Source of the DNA: Acidaminococcus sp. CAG:917
GTDB taxonomy: Bacteria > Bacillota > Clostridia > Christensenellales > CAG-917
Assembly (NCBI GenBank): GCA_000437555.1
Contig: FR901028.1
Coordinates: 58,817 to 116,530 of the forward strand
Direction of reading: 5' to 3'
DNA: 57,714 nucleotides
The translations under genes were made by a program, and so were the position numbers. The notes beneath the pieces are model-generated. The model had not been told where the DNA came from. It saw only the letters and a list, made by a program, of their open reading frames with translations, and made no database searches. The stretch's first letter is position 1. The number at the start of each line of letters is the position of its first letter. Of this stretch, positions 57,632 to 57,714 are shown piece by piece.

Positions 57632-57714
57632 TGTGCCCTCCCGATTATATCGGATATTTTTTCCGTTTTAATTTTATTCAATACGGCAGGAAGCGTTTCT
57701 ATTATTTCTTTGCA
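57628..57714 (-). CDS. pyrD: C-terminal fragment of an upstream gene, probably dihydroorotate dehydrogenase (5' end outside window)
   Basis: The open frame ...CKEIIETLPAVLNKIKTEKISDIIGRAQ* overlaps the pyrF start through ATGA. The assignment rests on operon context plus weak C-terminal resemblance. Confidence 0.45.
   Translation of the reverse strand, partial: CKEIIETLPAVLNKIKTEKISDIIGRAQ

Noticed and set aside
1-57714. CRISPR arrays, rRNA, toxin-antitoxin pairs, retrons or DGRs, and recognisable anti-phage defence operons.
   Set aside because: I scanned both strands by eye and found no regularly spaced direct repeats with unique spacers, no reverse transcriptase or nuclease/ATPase defence signatures, and no rRNA-like segments.

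Overview
This is a 57.7-kb chromosomal window from a moderate-GC, endospore-forming Firmicute. It looks Clostridia-like because it carries spo0A, a type III glutamine synthetase, a membrane pyrophosphatase and an archaeal-type split glutamate synthase. That taxonomic call is inference. I saw no rRNA, CRISPR array, transposase, integrase, reverse transcriptase or phage genes. Layout, in order: (1) A housekeeping start with a PHP-domain fragment, a VanW protein, a phosphosugar mutase and a lipoprotein. (2) An ~18-kb glutamine/nitrogen hub. It holds pyrG-carA-carB, asnB, and a GSIII + Amt::PII-fusion operon divergent from an operon of three split-gltS genes, a GS-I-like gene and an ANTAR regulator. 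(3) A small accessory block (DtxR-like regulator, RHH protein, SPFH protein, membrane protein). This is followed by an ORF-poor, repeat- and palindrome-rich 1.6 kb holding a decayed cytidylate-kinase-like gene and tRNA-Pro(GGG). (4) A TetR / CrtI-like flavoprotein / FNR-2Fe2S reductase cassette. (5) hppA. (6) A galactofuranose-type, ABC-transporter-dependent glycopolymer locus. (7) A WYL regulator with small proteins, a GDPD gene, and spo0A with a phased T-tract/0A-box upstream region and a divergent Cys-rich 36-aa ORF. (8) An acetyltransferase, a membrane protein, an orphan extended RuvB paralog, sdaA, a GtrA-like protein, a DEAD-box helicase, pyrE, pyrF and a pyrD fragment. The best candidate for undescribed biology is the nitrogen-control module. 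Both divergent nitrogen operons have consensus promoters followed by leader terminators, and each terminator is overlapped by the same AAAGRC hexaloop hairpin. The only plausible RNA-binding regulator nearby is an ANTAR protein with a pseudo-receiver domain and no kinase, encoded directly behind an atypical GS-I-like protein. All homology calls come from by-eye motif recognition; no database search was possible.
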